A DNA stretch of 64,000 nt, filler included, from Stramenopiles sp. TOSAG23-6 (lineage: Eukaryota), in NCBI GenBank assembly GCA_900128565.1. It is 19 parts of 19 records of this genome, joined end to end, with 100 filler letters (N's around TTAATTAATTAA, not from the genome) between each part and the next. Parts side by side here need not be neighbours in the genome. Positions count along the whole stretch, not along the records: positions 37,453 to 40,739 come from LT637571.1; positions 40,840 to 44,120 come from LT637572.1; positions 44,221 to 47,497 come from LT637573.1; positions 47,598 to 50,872 come from LT637574.1; positions 50,973 to 54,245 come from LT637575.1; 14 more parts are not named here. The stretch is one strand, 5' to 3'. The notes under the pieces are model-generated. The model saw only the letters and a list, made by a program, of their open reading frames with translations, was not told the origin of the DNA and searched no databases. The translations under genes were made by a program, and so were the position numbers. This document shows positions 38,627 through 51,082 of this stretch, piece by piece. Within the stretch, counting starts at the first letter, position 1. Each line of letters opens with the position of its first letter.

Positions 38627-39173
38627 ATGACTATGATTGATGATATAGGAGAAGGAGATACACTCAAGTATGGTGACGTTATCTTTCTATATACCGAAGA
38701 TCAACCATCAGGTCTATTTCACTCTGAAGGACTCTATCACGATTGTTGTTCAGTTCTTTCACTACAACAAAATAACACAGCACCTATGAATTATAGACAG
38801 TGTTTGTTCCGTGTCTGTCCTTTATTACAATATATCGCTACAAATGAATATAAAACAGAATATAAAGAACTTCAAGAACAAAATGAAAAAGAGGGAAAGT
38901 CATCCAATACAAATGATAAAGGTGAAATTGAAAATGTAATCAACCACTTGAAGCTAGCAGCTNAAAAAGAAAATGAGACAAATGTAAGTGAAACAAAACG
39001 CTTAAATGGATCAAAAGTTGTTTATGGAGATACAATCCAATTACAACATTTTATATCAGGTAAATGGATCTCTTTTCTCTTTGGTGTGGTGGATAAAAAC
39101 GAAACTTCATGTAGATTTTCATTCTTGAAAAAAAAATATTTCATACGAAATTTCGTACCTAACGAAAAAAAAA

Positions 39174-39209
<36 letters not shown>

Positions 39210-40507
39210 CTTTTCTATCATTAATGATACTTTCTTCTTCACTTTAATCCTTTAGAATGAGATTTTTTTTTTTTTTCTTGTTTTATTTCAAAGTTTCATT
39301 TTTGTACCTAACAAAAAAAAAAAAAAAAAAAAAATTAATATTTTTTTTACATACATGCACCAGAATTCAACTCACAAAAAATGGATCTGAAGATAGCCGG
39401 CTCTGTATACTACCAAAATATCGAATACGAAATAAGGGTGATCCTATTGATATTTCAGATTTCGTGTTATTTCAAGGAATGGGTCGTTCAAATGAATTTC
39501 TTCATGCGAATAGAAATTTTGGTATCAATGGTATGAAATATTTTTGAATTTTTTTTTTCGTAGAAAAATTTGTACCTAAGAAAAAAAAATTAAAAAAATT
39601 AAAAATTTTTTTTTTTTTTGAGGTCATTTTATATACTACATTTTATACCTAACAAAAAAACAAACATTTGACATACTTTTATATAACAAAGGCAGTTTTG
39701 TGACAACAAGTTGGAAAATATTGAGATATGTTTCGGTACAAAATTTAATACTTAATACAAAAAACACAAAAAATACAAAAAACACAAAAAATACAAAAAA
39801 TACAAAAAATACAAAAAAGTCATCAGTAAAAAAAGACGCAATGACGTCATCATTGCATTCAGTGATGCATTTGGGCGATATAATTATGCTACACCATCCT
39901 CAAACAATGACTAATTTTTCGTGTTTACAGATTGATAGTTCAGACACAGGTATATTTCCAAATTCGAATTTTTTTTTTTTTTTTTTTTTTTTTTTTGTAA
40001 AAAAAATTTTCGTACAAAATTTCGTCCCTAAAAAAAAAAAAAAAAAAAAAAAAATATTTTTCACAAAACATTTCATGAAAATAAATTTGATGTTAAAAAA
40101 AGACCTGAAATAGGAATTTTTTTAGTCCCACAAAAGACACGAAATACAGACGATAAAACAAATCGATCCTCAGAAGAGTCTTCTACAATGATTTCTGCAT
40201 CTTTACCTAGTCCTTCTATTTTATGGCAAATTGAGGACGTACGTTTGTTTTTTTTTTCTCAATTTTTTTTTTCATACGAAATTTTGTACCTNNNNNNNNN
40301 NNNNNNNNNNNNNNNNNNNNNNNNNNNNNNNNNNNNNNNNNNNNNNNNNNNNNNNNNNNNNNNNNNNNNNNNNNNNNNNNNNNNNNNNNNNNNNNNNNNN
40401 NNNNNNNNNNNNNNNNNNNNNNNNNNNNNNNNNNNNNNNNNNNNNNNNNNNNNNNNNNNNNNNNNNNNNNNNNNNNNNNNNNNNNNNNNNNNNNNNNNNN
40501 NNNNNNN

Positions 40508-40540
<33 letters not shown>

Positions 40541-40688
40541 AAACTATGAAATTTTGTACCTAACACACATTTTACATTTTTTTTGAAATATTTTCCCAAA
40601 ATTACATGGTTTGTACTTCAAACCGAAATGATCCAAATACTTTATTTAATGTAGTGTCTTCAAAGAAATCACAAAAAGGAACAAAAAT
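38627..40688 (+). CDS. Inositol 1,4,5-trisphosphate receptor-like channel, N-terminal exons
   Basis: LKYGDVIFLY, PMNYRQCLFRVCP, VVYGDTIQLQHFISGKWI and LPKYRIRNKGDPI match IP3R suppressor/MIR region motifs. Confidence 0.85.
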
Positions 40689-40704
40689 GTATTTTTTTTT
40701 CAAG

Positions 40705-40739
<35 letters not shown>

Positions 40740-41228
40740 NNNNNNNNNNNNNNNNNNNNNNNNNNNNNNNNNNNNNNNNNNNNTTAATTAATTAANNNNN
40801 NNNNNNNNNNNNNNNNNNNNNNNNNNNNNNNNNNNNNNNTACAAATGCAAGAATATTTTGTGAAAAAAAAAAAAAAAATTACATTTTTTTTGTTAGGTAC
40901 AAAATTTACTATGAAAAAAAAAAGTGAAATGTTACAATTTGATTTTTTTTAGTATAGTATTCATTAGGGTTAGGGTATGAAAAAAACCTACATAAATCGA
41001 TTTTGACGAATTGAGTTATGGACATATACCTTGTCTAAACATATTATCAAAATTTGATTTTTTTGTTAGNNNNNNNNNNNNNNNNNNNNNNNNNNNNNNN
41101 NAAAAAAAAAAAAAAAAAAAAAATTTTAAAAATGTAAAAAAAAATCAAAATTTTTTTTTTTTTTTTTTTAAATTAACCATAAAAAAAGTTTCAAAAATGT
41201 AAAAAAAATCAAAAAAAATAACGCACAA

Positions 41229-42012
41229 GTATCATCACACAATGAAACACGAAATATATCAAGAAAAATTTGCCGTAGACGCGTGTCATCCGAGTATTGA
41301 TTTTGAATTGTATTTGTTGTAAAGTTTGATTTTTTATACATTTTTTGCATTTTATTGTTTGAATCCAATTTTGAATTTCTTTTTGATATGGTTTGAGGTG
41401 ATTTGTTTTGTATATGATTCGTTGTACTTTTATTATTTGTCGAAGTTTCATTGATATTTCGTGTTTTTGTCATCCATTCACACATGGCAGATTCCATGTG
41501 TGATGAAAAAATATTTCAAAATTTTTTTACCAAAAAAAAAAAAAAAATTGTTAGGNNNNNNNNNNNNNNNNNNNNNNNNNNNNNNNNNNNNNNNNNNNNN
41601 NNNNNNNNNTTTTTTTGTAAAAAAAAAAAAAAAATAAAACATTCATGACGATCATTTGTATCATATCTAAATCAATATTCAAAAGTAGTAGAATAGCAAC
41701 TAAAGATCCTGTTCCACTCTTTATTGTGAAATATATACAAATAAAAAAACTAAAAAAAATTAAAAAAAAATAAAAAAAATAAAAAAAATTAAAAAAAATT
41801 AAAAAAAATTAAAAAAAATTAAAAAAAATTAAAAAAAACTAAAAAATACACCAATAGCTTGTAATTTTGGATTTTCCGAAATTCCATGTATTTGGAACAT
41901 TCTCGCTACTCCCAAATGAAAAGGGAATAACCACCCTGCAGCAGAGAATGATAGACTCATTCCTTGTAAACCTAACGAAGAATCACTTAAATCAACATAT
42001 TTTTTTTCATCA
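41229..42012 (-). CDS. Patatin-like (PNPLA) protein fragment, multi-exon
   Basis: Manual translation MSLSFSAAGWLFPFHLGVA...QAIG|SGTGSLVA resembles the patatin glycine-rich and nucleophile-elbow region. Confidence 0.6.
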
Positions 42013-43026
42013 TTTCGTGTTTTTTTTTCTTTTTTTTTGTTAGGGTTAGGGTTTCCAGTTTGAAATAAATTTTTGAAAATATTTGGTTGTTTATTTGTAA
42101 ACTTTATTGATCCAAACTTTGTATTTGTTGTATTATTTTTTGTATTATTTTTTTTTAAATATTTTTTTAAATATTTTTTTAAATATTTTGTTTTATTTTC
42201 ATTCTGTGAGTAAAAAATATTTTTTTTTTCAAAATTTTGTTAGGTACAAAAATTTCATACAAAAAAAAACCCCTAACCCTAGCTATACTATAAATACGTT
42301 GAAACTGTAAAGAAAAAAAAANTTAAAGTGAAAATGAATAATAACGTAATACATCATCTGTAGACCCTAACCCTAATAAATATTGTGGTAATGATCTCAA
42401 AACAACACGAATTACATTATGATCATTGGTAGGTGGGCTTTGTAACTCGTATGTAGCACCAATGAGTAACGATGCCCAAGTATCAAGTACATCAATTTTA
42501 TTTTTTTGTGATGTTTGTGATTTGTGTGAATGATGATTTGTGTGAATTGTGTCATTGTTCGAATTCAACTCATGAGACATCATTGAAGCCTGATAAAACA
42601 AAACAAAATATTGCTTGCGTCCAGAATCAGACGCATGATATTTTGATGGAACCTTCCAATAATGTGTTTTACCTGGGGAAATTGAGTATATAGTAGAAGA
42701 CACTTTTTTTGGTTGAAAATCTATGGAATTAAAATAGTTTTTAACTTGTCCCACTCCATATCAAATACATTTACAATAGTACTGTGCATTGCTTGATTTT
42801 TATCCACACAAAATCGTACCTCAATTCAGTTTTTCACTCGTCACCGAATATAATGTGTCGATAGGTACACATATCTCATTATATATATATATAGATAGAA
42901 TTATTACATAGATATATCTTGCACCTGCATATATATACATATATATACATATATATACATATATATATATATAGTGAGAGTATTGAGATAGATACATATA
43001 CAAAAAAGTCCCCAGTCTTCTATAGA

Positions 43027-43538
43027 ATGAGACCAAACGAAATGAATACAATGTCACTTTATGAACGATTTCAGAGTACACCTTGTCTCCGAAATGCTCT
43101 GTTGTGGGGATTAACCTGCGGTACACTTGGTTTTATCCATCGAGGTGTTTGTAATGCTAGATTGGCTCAACAAATTGGAACAGGAATAATTGCAGGAAAT
43201 TTTGGAGCTGCCGGATCTTTTTATACATGCAGAAAGACATTCCGTGAGAAACACATTGAATATGTACGTTTTTTTATACCTAATGAATTTAATTTTTTTT
43301 TCGTATGAAATTTTGTACCTAACAAAAAAATTGATTTTTACTAAAAAAAAAAAAAATTGATTTTTACTCAAAAAAAAAATAATTGATTTTTTACTGATTT
43401 TTACTCAAAAAAAAAAATAATTGATTTGTACTGATTGTTACTCAAAAATAAAAATAATTGACATATGGATCAAAAATACATGTTCGACTAATGGAACTCC
43501 GCAAAGCATCCGGAGAAAAGTTTGAACAGAAAACTCAT
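43027..43538 (+). CDS. COX20-like small membrane protein (two exons seen)
   Basis: FQSTPCLRNALLWG...GSFYTCR pattern; a GT-AT intron joins HIEY|VRLMELRK. Confidence 0.55.
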
Positions 43539-43644
43539 GTATGTGATTTTTTTTCAATTTCGAATTTATTTTTTTTTTTCGTACGAAATTTTGTACCTAA
43601 CAAAATTTTAATTTTTTTGTTGAAATATTTTCATAAAATTACAT

Positions 43645-44004
43645 GCTGGTTTGGTTGGTGAATATCTTCTTGAACATTTTGCTCGTGTTCCAGTTGAGGT
43701 GGAGTATGCCTCTGAATTCCGGTATAAAAATCCTATTTTGAATAAGGAGACTGACGTTGTGTTTGTAATATCTCAATCTGGTGAAACGGCAGGTATGTTT
43801 TATTTTTTTTTTTTTTCCGGTAAAAAAAAATCGAATTTTTTTTTTTATAAAAATTTTGTACCTAACGAATTTAAAAGTTTTTTTTTTCACAATACAGATA
43901 CTTTAGCTGCAGTTAGACTTGCGAATGAATGTGGAGTATTAACTATTGGTGTCGTAAATACTGTTGGGTCAACAATCGCTCGTGAAACTACAGGTGGAAT
44001 ATAT
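43645..44004 (+). CDS. glmS: Glutamine:fructose-6-phosphate amidotransferase, SIS domain exons
   Basis: [30 protein letters not shown]...[13 protein letters not shown]...[12 protein letters not shown]; intron 43793-43897 (GT-AG, family body). Confidence 0.92.
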
Positions 44005-44286
44005 GTATGTTTAATTAGGGTTAGGGTTTTGGGTTTTTTTCAAATTCCAATTTTTTTTTTCATACGAAATTCTGTACCTAACAAAAAAAAAAAAAAAAAA
44101 AAAAAAATATTTTTCCAAAANNNNNNNNNNNNNNNNNNNNNNNNNNNNNNNNNNNNNNNNNNNNTTAATTAATTAANNNNNNNNNNNNNNNNNNNNNNNN
44201 NNNNNNNNNNNNNNNNNNNNACTTAAATTTGTTAGGTACAAAATTTCGTATGAAAAAACAAATTCGAAATTGAGATGAAAACGTAC

Positions 44287-45413
44287 ATTGGCAATCCATA
44301 CCCTAATCCAGAGAGTGGTACGTTTTTCGTGTGTGGCTTTGAATTTGATAAGAGATTATCATCAGTTGAGAATGCAGGGCGCGATGTTGTATATAAATAA
44401 TTCCATATTTTTGGTACATCTCTTCTTAGAATTCCACCACCTTCATCAGAGATTTTAATACACACATCATCATTTGCTTCACCATCCGCGATTACAATTT
44501 TTATTGGTGGAAGGTCCAAACTCAAGCTACTATGATGTTCAATTGTGGCACGCATTGAATTTTTGAGTAATTCAAATATTATATAATACAAATGAGAAGG
44601 CACATATGGAAATGCAAGATCTGTGCGACCTACAATATCTACCTCTGGTGCTTCACCAAATTCTCTCTCACAGATAAAGATTGCATCATCGATGGCTGCT
44701 CGAGCGATTGAGGCTGGTGAAGTTTCAGTATCTATCAAACCAACATAAGTTTCCTTTGAACTCTTTGGTTGAAGCAAAGATAAATATTGGCCAAGTAACA
44801 TACGGAGTCCAACCCGAGCAGTGTAGAAATCATCCAAGGTTTCATTAATGCTTTGAGCAGAAGTAGATGCATCGTATTCAGGGTTACTTTGCCGTAATTC
44901 TAATAGAGACTTTGCCACAGTAACTAATGTTGGATTGTGACGCTCGTATATTTCTTCAACTTTTGTGGCAAATGTACTACCTTGTGATGCCTCCTCCACA
45001 TTTTTGGGTATATCTAGATTCAGAAAGTCTTCGATAGAAGATAGATACCAACCTTGAACGACTTCTATAGAAGGCGTTTCGCTCAAACCACTTGGTAATT
45101 GTTGAAGGTCCGTATATCTATGCGCTAAGCGAACTGGGATTTCCCGATGAAGAAATCGGGCTATTTGAAGTAATACTAATGGGTTGACTCCGGTGGTACT
45201 ACAGTTGTAGCCTTCTTCTGCTGCTGCTTTCATATTCTGAGGTTCCATAAAGCTAAAGTCAGACTCCTTTAAAAGTTCGCCCGAACCGGTATTAACGAGA
45301 GCAGAAAGACTTACACTTGTCTGTTCTTTTGCGCACAACTCACGAATAATCTTAACATGCTTTACATTTGGAGAATTAGAGCTACATCGACGGCAAAAGA
45401 ATTTCAACAACAT
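44287..45413 (-). CDS. PDK: Mitochondrial pyruvate dehydrogenase kinase family (first exon)
   Basis: FLHREIPVRLAHR, FELLKNSMRAT, IKISDEGGGI, IWNYLYTT, LSGLGYGLP. Confidence 0.93.
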
Positions 45414-45678
45414 GGTTCTAAATCGTAAACTGGTGGTGATCTTCAGGAAGTATATCCTTAATTCGCGTATTTTGAATGAAGCTTTTGAAAGTTGACGCGA
45501 GTCCAAAAAAACAAACATCAAAATTTTCGTTTGTTTGACACGTCGTTTGATATTGATGCCCACATCTCCTGTTATTTGCATCAAGAACATAACTTGCTCT
45601 CTGATCTCTGTTTAGTGAACATTACATGAAAACTTTTAGTCGACAAGAAATTTACGATTTTTGTCGCGAAAGCAACTG

Positions 45679-46535
45679 ATGGATCTTGGAGAGGATTCTC
45701 CGACTTCGGAATCATTTCTTATTCGTCAATCATTGCGTTATAGGCTTCATCGACTGCTTGTTTTGGCACTCACATTCCTTGCATATGCCTCGTATCATAT
45801 GACAAGAAAGATTCCTTCAATTGTAAAAAAGTGCCCTACACCCTCAATCATCAACCGGTCTTCCGACGTATAATGCTAAAACAAATCCAGGGTGGATGCC
45901 TTTTAGTGTTGATGTCAATCCCGAAATTGTATCAAAAAACGGTTATAATGTTAAAGGGGCTGGCCTCAAATCCTTAAACGGATTTTACCAATGCAAGCAG
46001 TTCGAGCCGAAATCTCGCATTTGCAAAGACTACAGGAAAAGTGACGATGATTTTTTTGCTTTGCGTAAAATAGAATCATCATTTTGTGAAGTAGGTAATG
46101 TCAAATATTGCTGGGGTTTAACAGGTGATCCTTCAAAACCTTCTCATCCTCACTTTCGTTCAACTTGCTTAGATTTGCAAGATAATAATCCTCAATGCGT
46201 AATATTCTATCAACCAACTGACTATGGAATTCCTGCAGAGTCTGGAAGTTCTGTCAACGATAATAGTGATGAAAATATGTCTATTTGGCGAATTCCTAAG
46301 CTTGATCCTAATCCTAACCCTATCAATAATTCTGTTTTTCTACCCATACCAAAAGTAATCCCAAATTCAGCAAATGGTAAAATTCTCCTTGGTACTTGTG
46401 ACACAGTGTTTTTATCTTTTTACGCATTTTTTATGTTTGTATCTGGACAAGTCGCGGAAAAATATTCTACGAGACACTTTCTTTTTATGGGGATGTTTGG
46501 TTCGGCGATATTTGTCGGGGCTATTGGGATGGCAT
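45679..46535 (+). CDS. MFS sugar-phosphate / glycerol-3-phosphate exchanger (SLC37-like), N-terminal part, with apparent +1 frameshift at ~45825
   Basis: TFLAYASYHMTRKIPSIVK, GWMPF, LLGTCDTVFLSFYAFFMFVSGQVAE. Confidence 0.8.
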
Positions 46536-47689
46536 GTATGTTTTATTTTTTTTCAATTTCGAATTTATTTTTTTTTCATACGAAATTTCGTACCTAACAA
46601 AAACACAAACAAAAATATTTTTTCACAATACATAATCAACAGAATGCAAAATATGATTCATCCCCAGTCCCCATCTTTTACATTATATTTGATACAAGCT
46701 TCATTTGAACCTCTTCAGGGTATGTACGTTTTCATCATGAATGTATTTGTTTTTTTATTGGTATGAAATTTCGTACCTAACGATTTTTTTCATNATNTCT
46801 TGTTTTTTTTTTTCACGATACATTGGAAATGCTTGGGCGTATGGCTTAAATACAAGATTAATATTTAATTGGGTAAGATATTGTGGTAGGAATACATCGA
46901 TTAACGAACGTGGTTTTCTGAAGCGAAATTGTTATAATTGCATTCGCTGTGGTTGTATGTTTTTCATTGTAAATTTAAATTAATTTGATTTTTTGGTATA
47001 GAAAATTTCGTACGTAACAAATTCAAAAGACCAAAATGTTAGCCCTAACCCTAACGTTAACCCTAACCCTAATATATTTTTTCACAATACTTCTTGTTTG
47101 AAAGATAATGCGAGACGATGGAGTCAGTCTGATTCATTGGATGCTTCAGATGATGCTAGCAATACTACGACTGGAGAACCTTTTATTATGTGATATATCT
47201 TGTGAAGAATATTTTTTTTATTTTGTATTTGTTAGGTACAAAATGTGGTACATTTTTTTTTTGTATTAGTAATCGAAATTTAATTTATCTGAAAGGTTTT
47301 TATTGTTCATTTATCAAATCTGGACCTGGACAAACGTTTTGAAATAAAAATCCTAATAATTATAGTACTAATAAATAATGAGATTCCATACCGTTTTTTT
47401 GTAATTGATAACAACCCATAAAATATAATAAAATATAATAGAAAAATATTTTATTATTTGAAATTCTCTGTCGTCTTGAAAGATTGGCTACTTTATANNN
47501 NNNNNNNNNNNNNNNNNNNNNNNNNNNNNNNNNNNNNNNNNTTAATTAATTAANNNNNNNNNNNNNNNNNNNNNNNNNNNNNNNNNNNNNNNNNNNNCAA
47601 AAAGAAAAAAAAAAAAAATGATGATTTCAATTTTTTTTTTCATAGTAAATTTTGTACCTAAGAAAAACAAAAACAAAAAAATAACATAC

Positions 47690-48338
47690 TTGTTGAGCCT
47701 GTGACAAAGAGTTCTATTTTTACAGGAGTTCTTGACAAACTTTTAAAGATAGATTGATGCGATTTAAAATTATCATTCTTACGTGAAATGGCTATTTCAT
47801 CAGCTCGTTTCTTTAATACAACTTGTTGTGCTCGAAATATATCCAAAGAACACTTTTCATAAGTAACCAGTTGCAACGCAAAACCTTTGTTAATTGCGAT
47901 AACTGGCCGGGCACATTCAACAAGCTTAAATGCCTCGTATAACGTTTTGCCAAAATCTTTCATAAGAAAAGCAATGATAAGCGCCGGTGAACGTGATCTA
48001 CCACCACGACAATGTACAAGTACACCACCTTTAGTCAAACCAGCTCGAATAAAAATATTTGCTGCTGGAATACATGACAATAAGTTGGAATAATTTTTAT
48101 CTCGTAAATCTATTGTTAGGTAGTTAAATAAATTTGTATATTGGCATTGCTGTTCACCAGAAATATTCAAGACATGTGTAATTCCATTTTTTCGAAGAAC
48201 ATCAACATTGCAAGCTGCGTGAAGTGAACCAACCCATAGTTTAGGTATAACCAACGCAGGCAAATTATCTTGGATTAGATCGAGTTCTAAGGAAAGATTT
48301 TTTCGCCAAATACCTGATTTCATTGATCCCGCTTTCAT
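47690..48338 (-). CDS. Dual-specificity protein phosphatase (first exon)
   Basis: LWVGS, GITHVLN, VLVHCRGGRSRS, RPVIAINKGF. Confidence 0.93.
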
Positions 48339-48892
48339 ATATGCATTATATACGAAATAAACATCTATAATACATAATNATCTAATATGATGAATGTTAT
48401 TCTCATGTCATTTAGTTTGTATGATTTATCTTTTTGCTCTTACGTAGGCTATGTGACTGCACTTGGTTGTAGTTATTGAAACTAAAATTTAAGGAAACGG
48501 ATGTCAGTTGAAGTTGGTTTTCAGAACGTTCTTCGTTATATTTACCGGGTAACAGCACACGGATCCGGATTTCGTGGGTGATCTCAAGGAAGAATATTTG
48601 GATAACCACATATAAAATCAATTATAAAAGTAATAATCTGTATTTATAGTATTTATCGTATTTATTGAATTTTATTCATATATTCTATCAATTAGAAAAT
48701 TACAGACGCAGGTTAAGGCTGGGAAAGCATAAAATAGAATCAACCTCCTTGTGTGTGTATCGGTGTTTTTTCCTGATGTTCAGTTGTGTAACGGCTATAT
48801 AAAAAAAAAGCACTCTAAAAAACNCCCGAAAAAAACGATTTTTTTACAACTACTACACAAAGACAAAGTCTTACCGGCTTCTATTATTTTTA

Positions 48893-49261
48893 ATGGTATT
48901 TTACGACTCAGACGAAGAAATATTCTTTAGTAGTTTTCCTGTACTTTATAGTTATCGCACCTATAATAGACTCAAATATAGGCATAAATTTCTACGCCCA
49001 CCAAATGAAAAAATAAAAGGTTGTTCATGTTGTTATATAGACTGTTGCTCGCCGTGTGTTTCTATCGCAAACCAATCTTATTTTGACATGTTAAAAATAG
49101 GATTTGTTTGTAATCCATGCACTGGCGAATGTGACTGTTGTTACAGTTGCCGATTTTCTATTTATCCATTTGTCATTGTCAATGAGTCTTCACANTCACA
49201 TCCAGTTTTAGAAAGAGGAGCTTTTAAAGCTTTTAAGGCTTTTAAGGCTTTTAAAAGGTAA
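48893..49261 (+). CDS. Small Cys-rich hypothetical protein
   Basis: ATG-initiated 122 aa ORF with clustered Cys residues. Confidence 0.4.
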   Translation: MVFYDSDEEIFFSSFPVLYSYRTYNRLKYRHKFLRPPNEKIKGCSCCYIDCCSPCVSIANQSYFDMLKIGFVCNPCTGECDCCYSCRFSIYPFVIVNESSXSHPVLERGAFKAFKAFKAFKR

Positions 49262-49704
49262 AAAAAAAATCAAGTTGTCGTCATTATTTTTTTCGTCTCA
49301 TCGGAAGAATAAAATACTACTAGTTAACATTTTAGGCATTTTAGACTTTAAGAACTTTACCAACCAACAAATTTGTCCAAGTTTTCATTTTTTGAACAAA
49401 ATGAATGAATAATTAATTATTAGACTAAGTTACGCCCGATTTGGGATATTAATTCGTATTAAAAGGATATTTCGATTTCTTTCTAAAATTTAAAAAAAAA
49501 TTTAAAAAAAAAAATTAGAAATTTCAATTTTTTCCATGAACAATATAATCCTAACCCTAGCTTGTTTTGGATTTGAATAACAAAAAATACGTTGCCGCAC
49601 TGAATTAGAAGACGAATTACGCCGTATCCAGTTTTACATAGTAAGTGTAAAATGAACTCCAGCATGAATTCATAAGTGTTTACATTTTCAGAATACTATA
49701 TCAG

Positions 49705-50787
49705 ATGCCTGTACTTAATGGAAGTTTAGTTTCTGGATCTAATGCAAGTAGTAAGTATTCGGCTAATAAAGGCACTTCTAAAGAACCCTTTACGGTTAAA
49801 AAAAATACTACACAATTTCCAAATGAGCCAGTTTGTAGAATAGCATGGTCCCGAACTTTATATAATAATAGTCACATTCTAGGAGATGACCTAAATCAGT
49901 CTAATCCAAGTTCTTTAGTAAAAGCGACAAAAAGTTCAAAAGGTTGCAACTGTAAAAATTCGAGATGTTTGAAGTTATATTGTGAGTGTTTCGCCGCGTG
50001 TGTTTTCTGTACCGTAGGGCGTGGCTGTAATTGTAAGGATTGTTGTAACAATGATGATAACGAAGCTATCCGATCTAAAGCTGTGATTGCAGCATTAGAT
50101 AAAAATCGATCCTCTTTTCGACCAAAAGTGAAAAGAAATCCCCTACAGGATGGTTTCGATTATTGGGAGAGTTCAAAAAGTGATACGACTCCTGGGAAAA
50201 AACAAAAAAAACATTTAAAAGGTTGTCATTGTAAACGTTCTGCTTGCTTAAAAAAGTACTGTGAATGTTTTCAAGCTGACATTATTTGTACTTTATATTG
50301 CAAATGTATCGACTGTAANAATACAAAAGATTCTAAAGAAAGAGAAGCTGCGCGGAAAGCGCTTTTATTGAAGCTCGAGAGTGAATTAGAACTTCAAACA
50401 GCTCAACAAAACGAAGTGGGAGGAGAGCGTAAAAATACGACTGTCATTGGAGAACTTTTAGGATCCAACGATATAAATGCACAAAATAATAAGCGCTCTA
50501 GATCTGAGATGGATGGACGAGGGGAACAAAGTTCGTTGAGTAATTTAAATGACTTATATTTACGAACAAAACGAATGAAGCGTACAAATGCTGATAGTAA
50601 CCCTAACCCTAATGATACGTCGATAGTTTTTGGAGATTTTGAATCTCAAAATGAACCTTTTCACGTATTTGCATCCATAGAATTGAAAAAGGTTAAACAA
50701 GAATTTCTCAAAATGTCTAATATATTTGATGTGAATATTGGCGTAGATCCTTTTACTGGAAAGCCATTTGCTGGTGGGTTGAGGGAT
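49705..50787 (+). CDS. Tesmin/TSO1-like CXC (CRC) domain protein, LIN54 family
   Basis: Two CXC domains, GCNCKNSRCLKLYCECFA and GCHCKRSACLKKYCECFQ, with an SFRPK linker. Confidence 0.93.
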
Positions 50788-50972
50788 GTACGTTTTCATT
50801 TCAATTTTTTGTCTACATTTTTTTTTCGTACGAAATTTTGTACCTAACAAATTTAAGTTTTTTTTTTGAAATNNNNNNNNNNNNNNNNNNNNNNNNNNNN
50901 NNNNNNNNNNNNNNNNTTAATTAATTAANNNNNNNNNNNNNNNNNNNNNNNNNNNNNNNNNNNNNNNNNNNN

Positions 50973-51004
<32 letters not shown>

Positions 51005-51082
51005 TTTTCGAATTTATTTTATTTTTACAAGAAAATTTTGTATCTCACAAACATTTTCTAAAAATATTTCCACAGAATACAT

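Noticed and set aside
45820-45835. Programmed frameshift or pseudogene in the SLC37-like gene
   Set aside because: One extra A in an A-run; a homopolymer sequencing error is more likely in this low-quality assembly.
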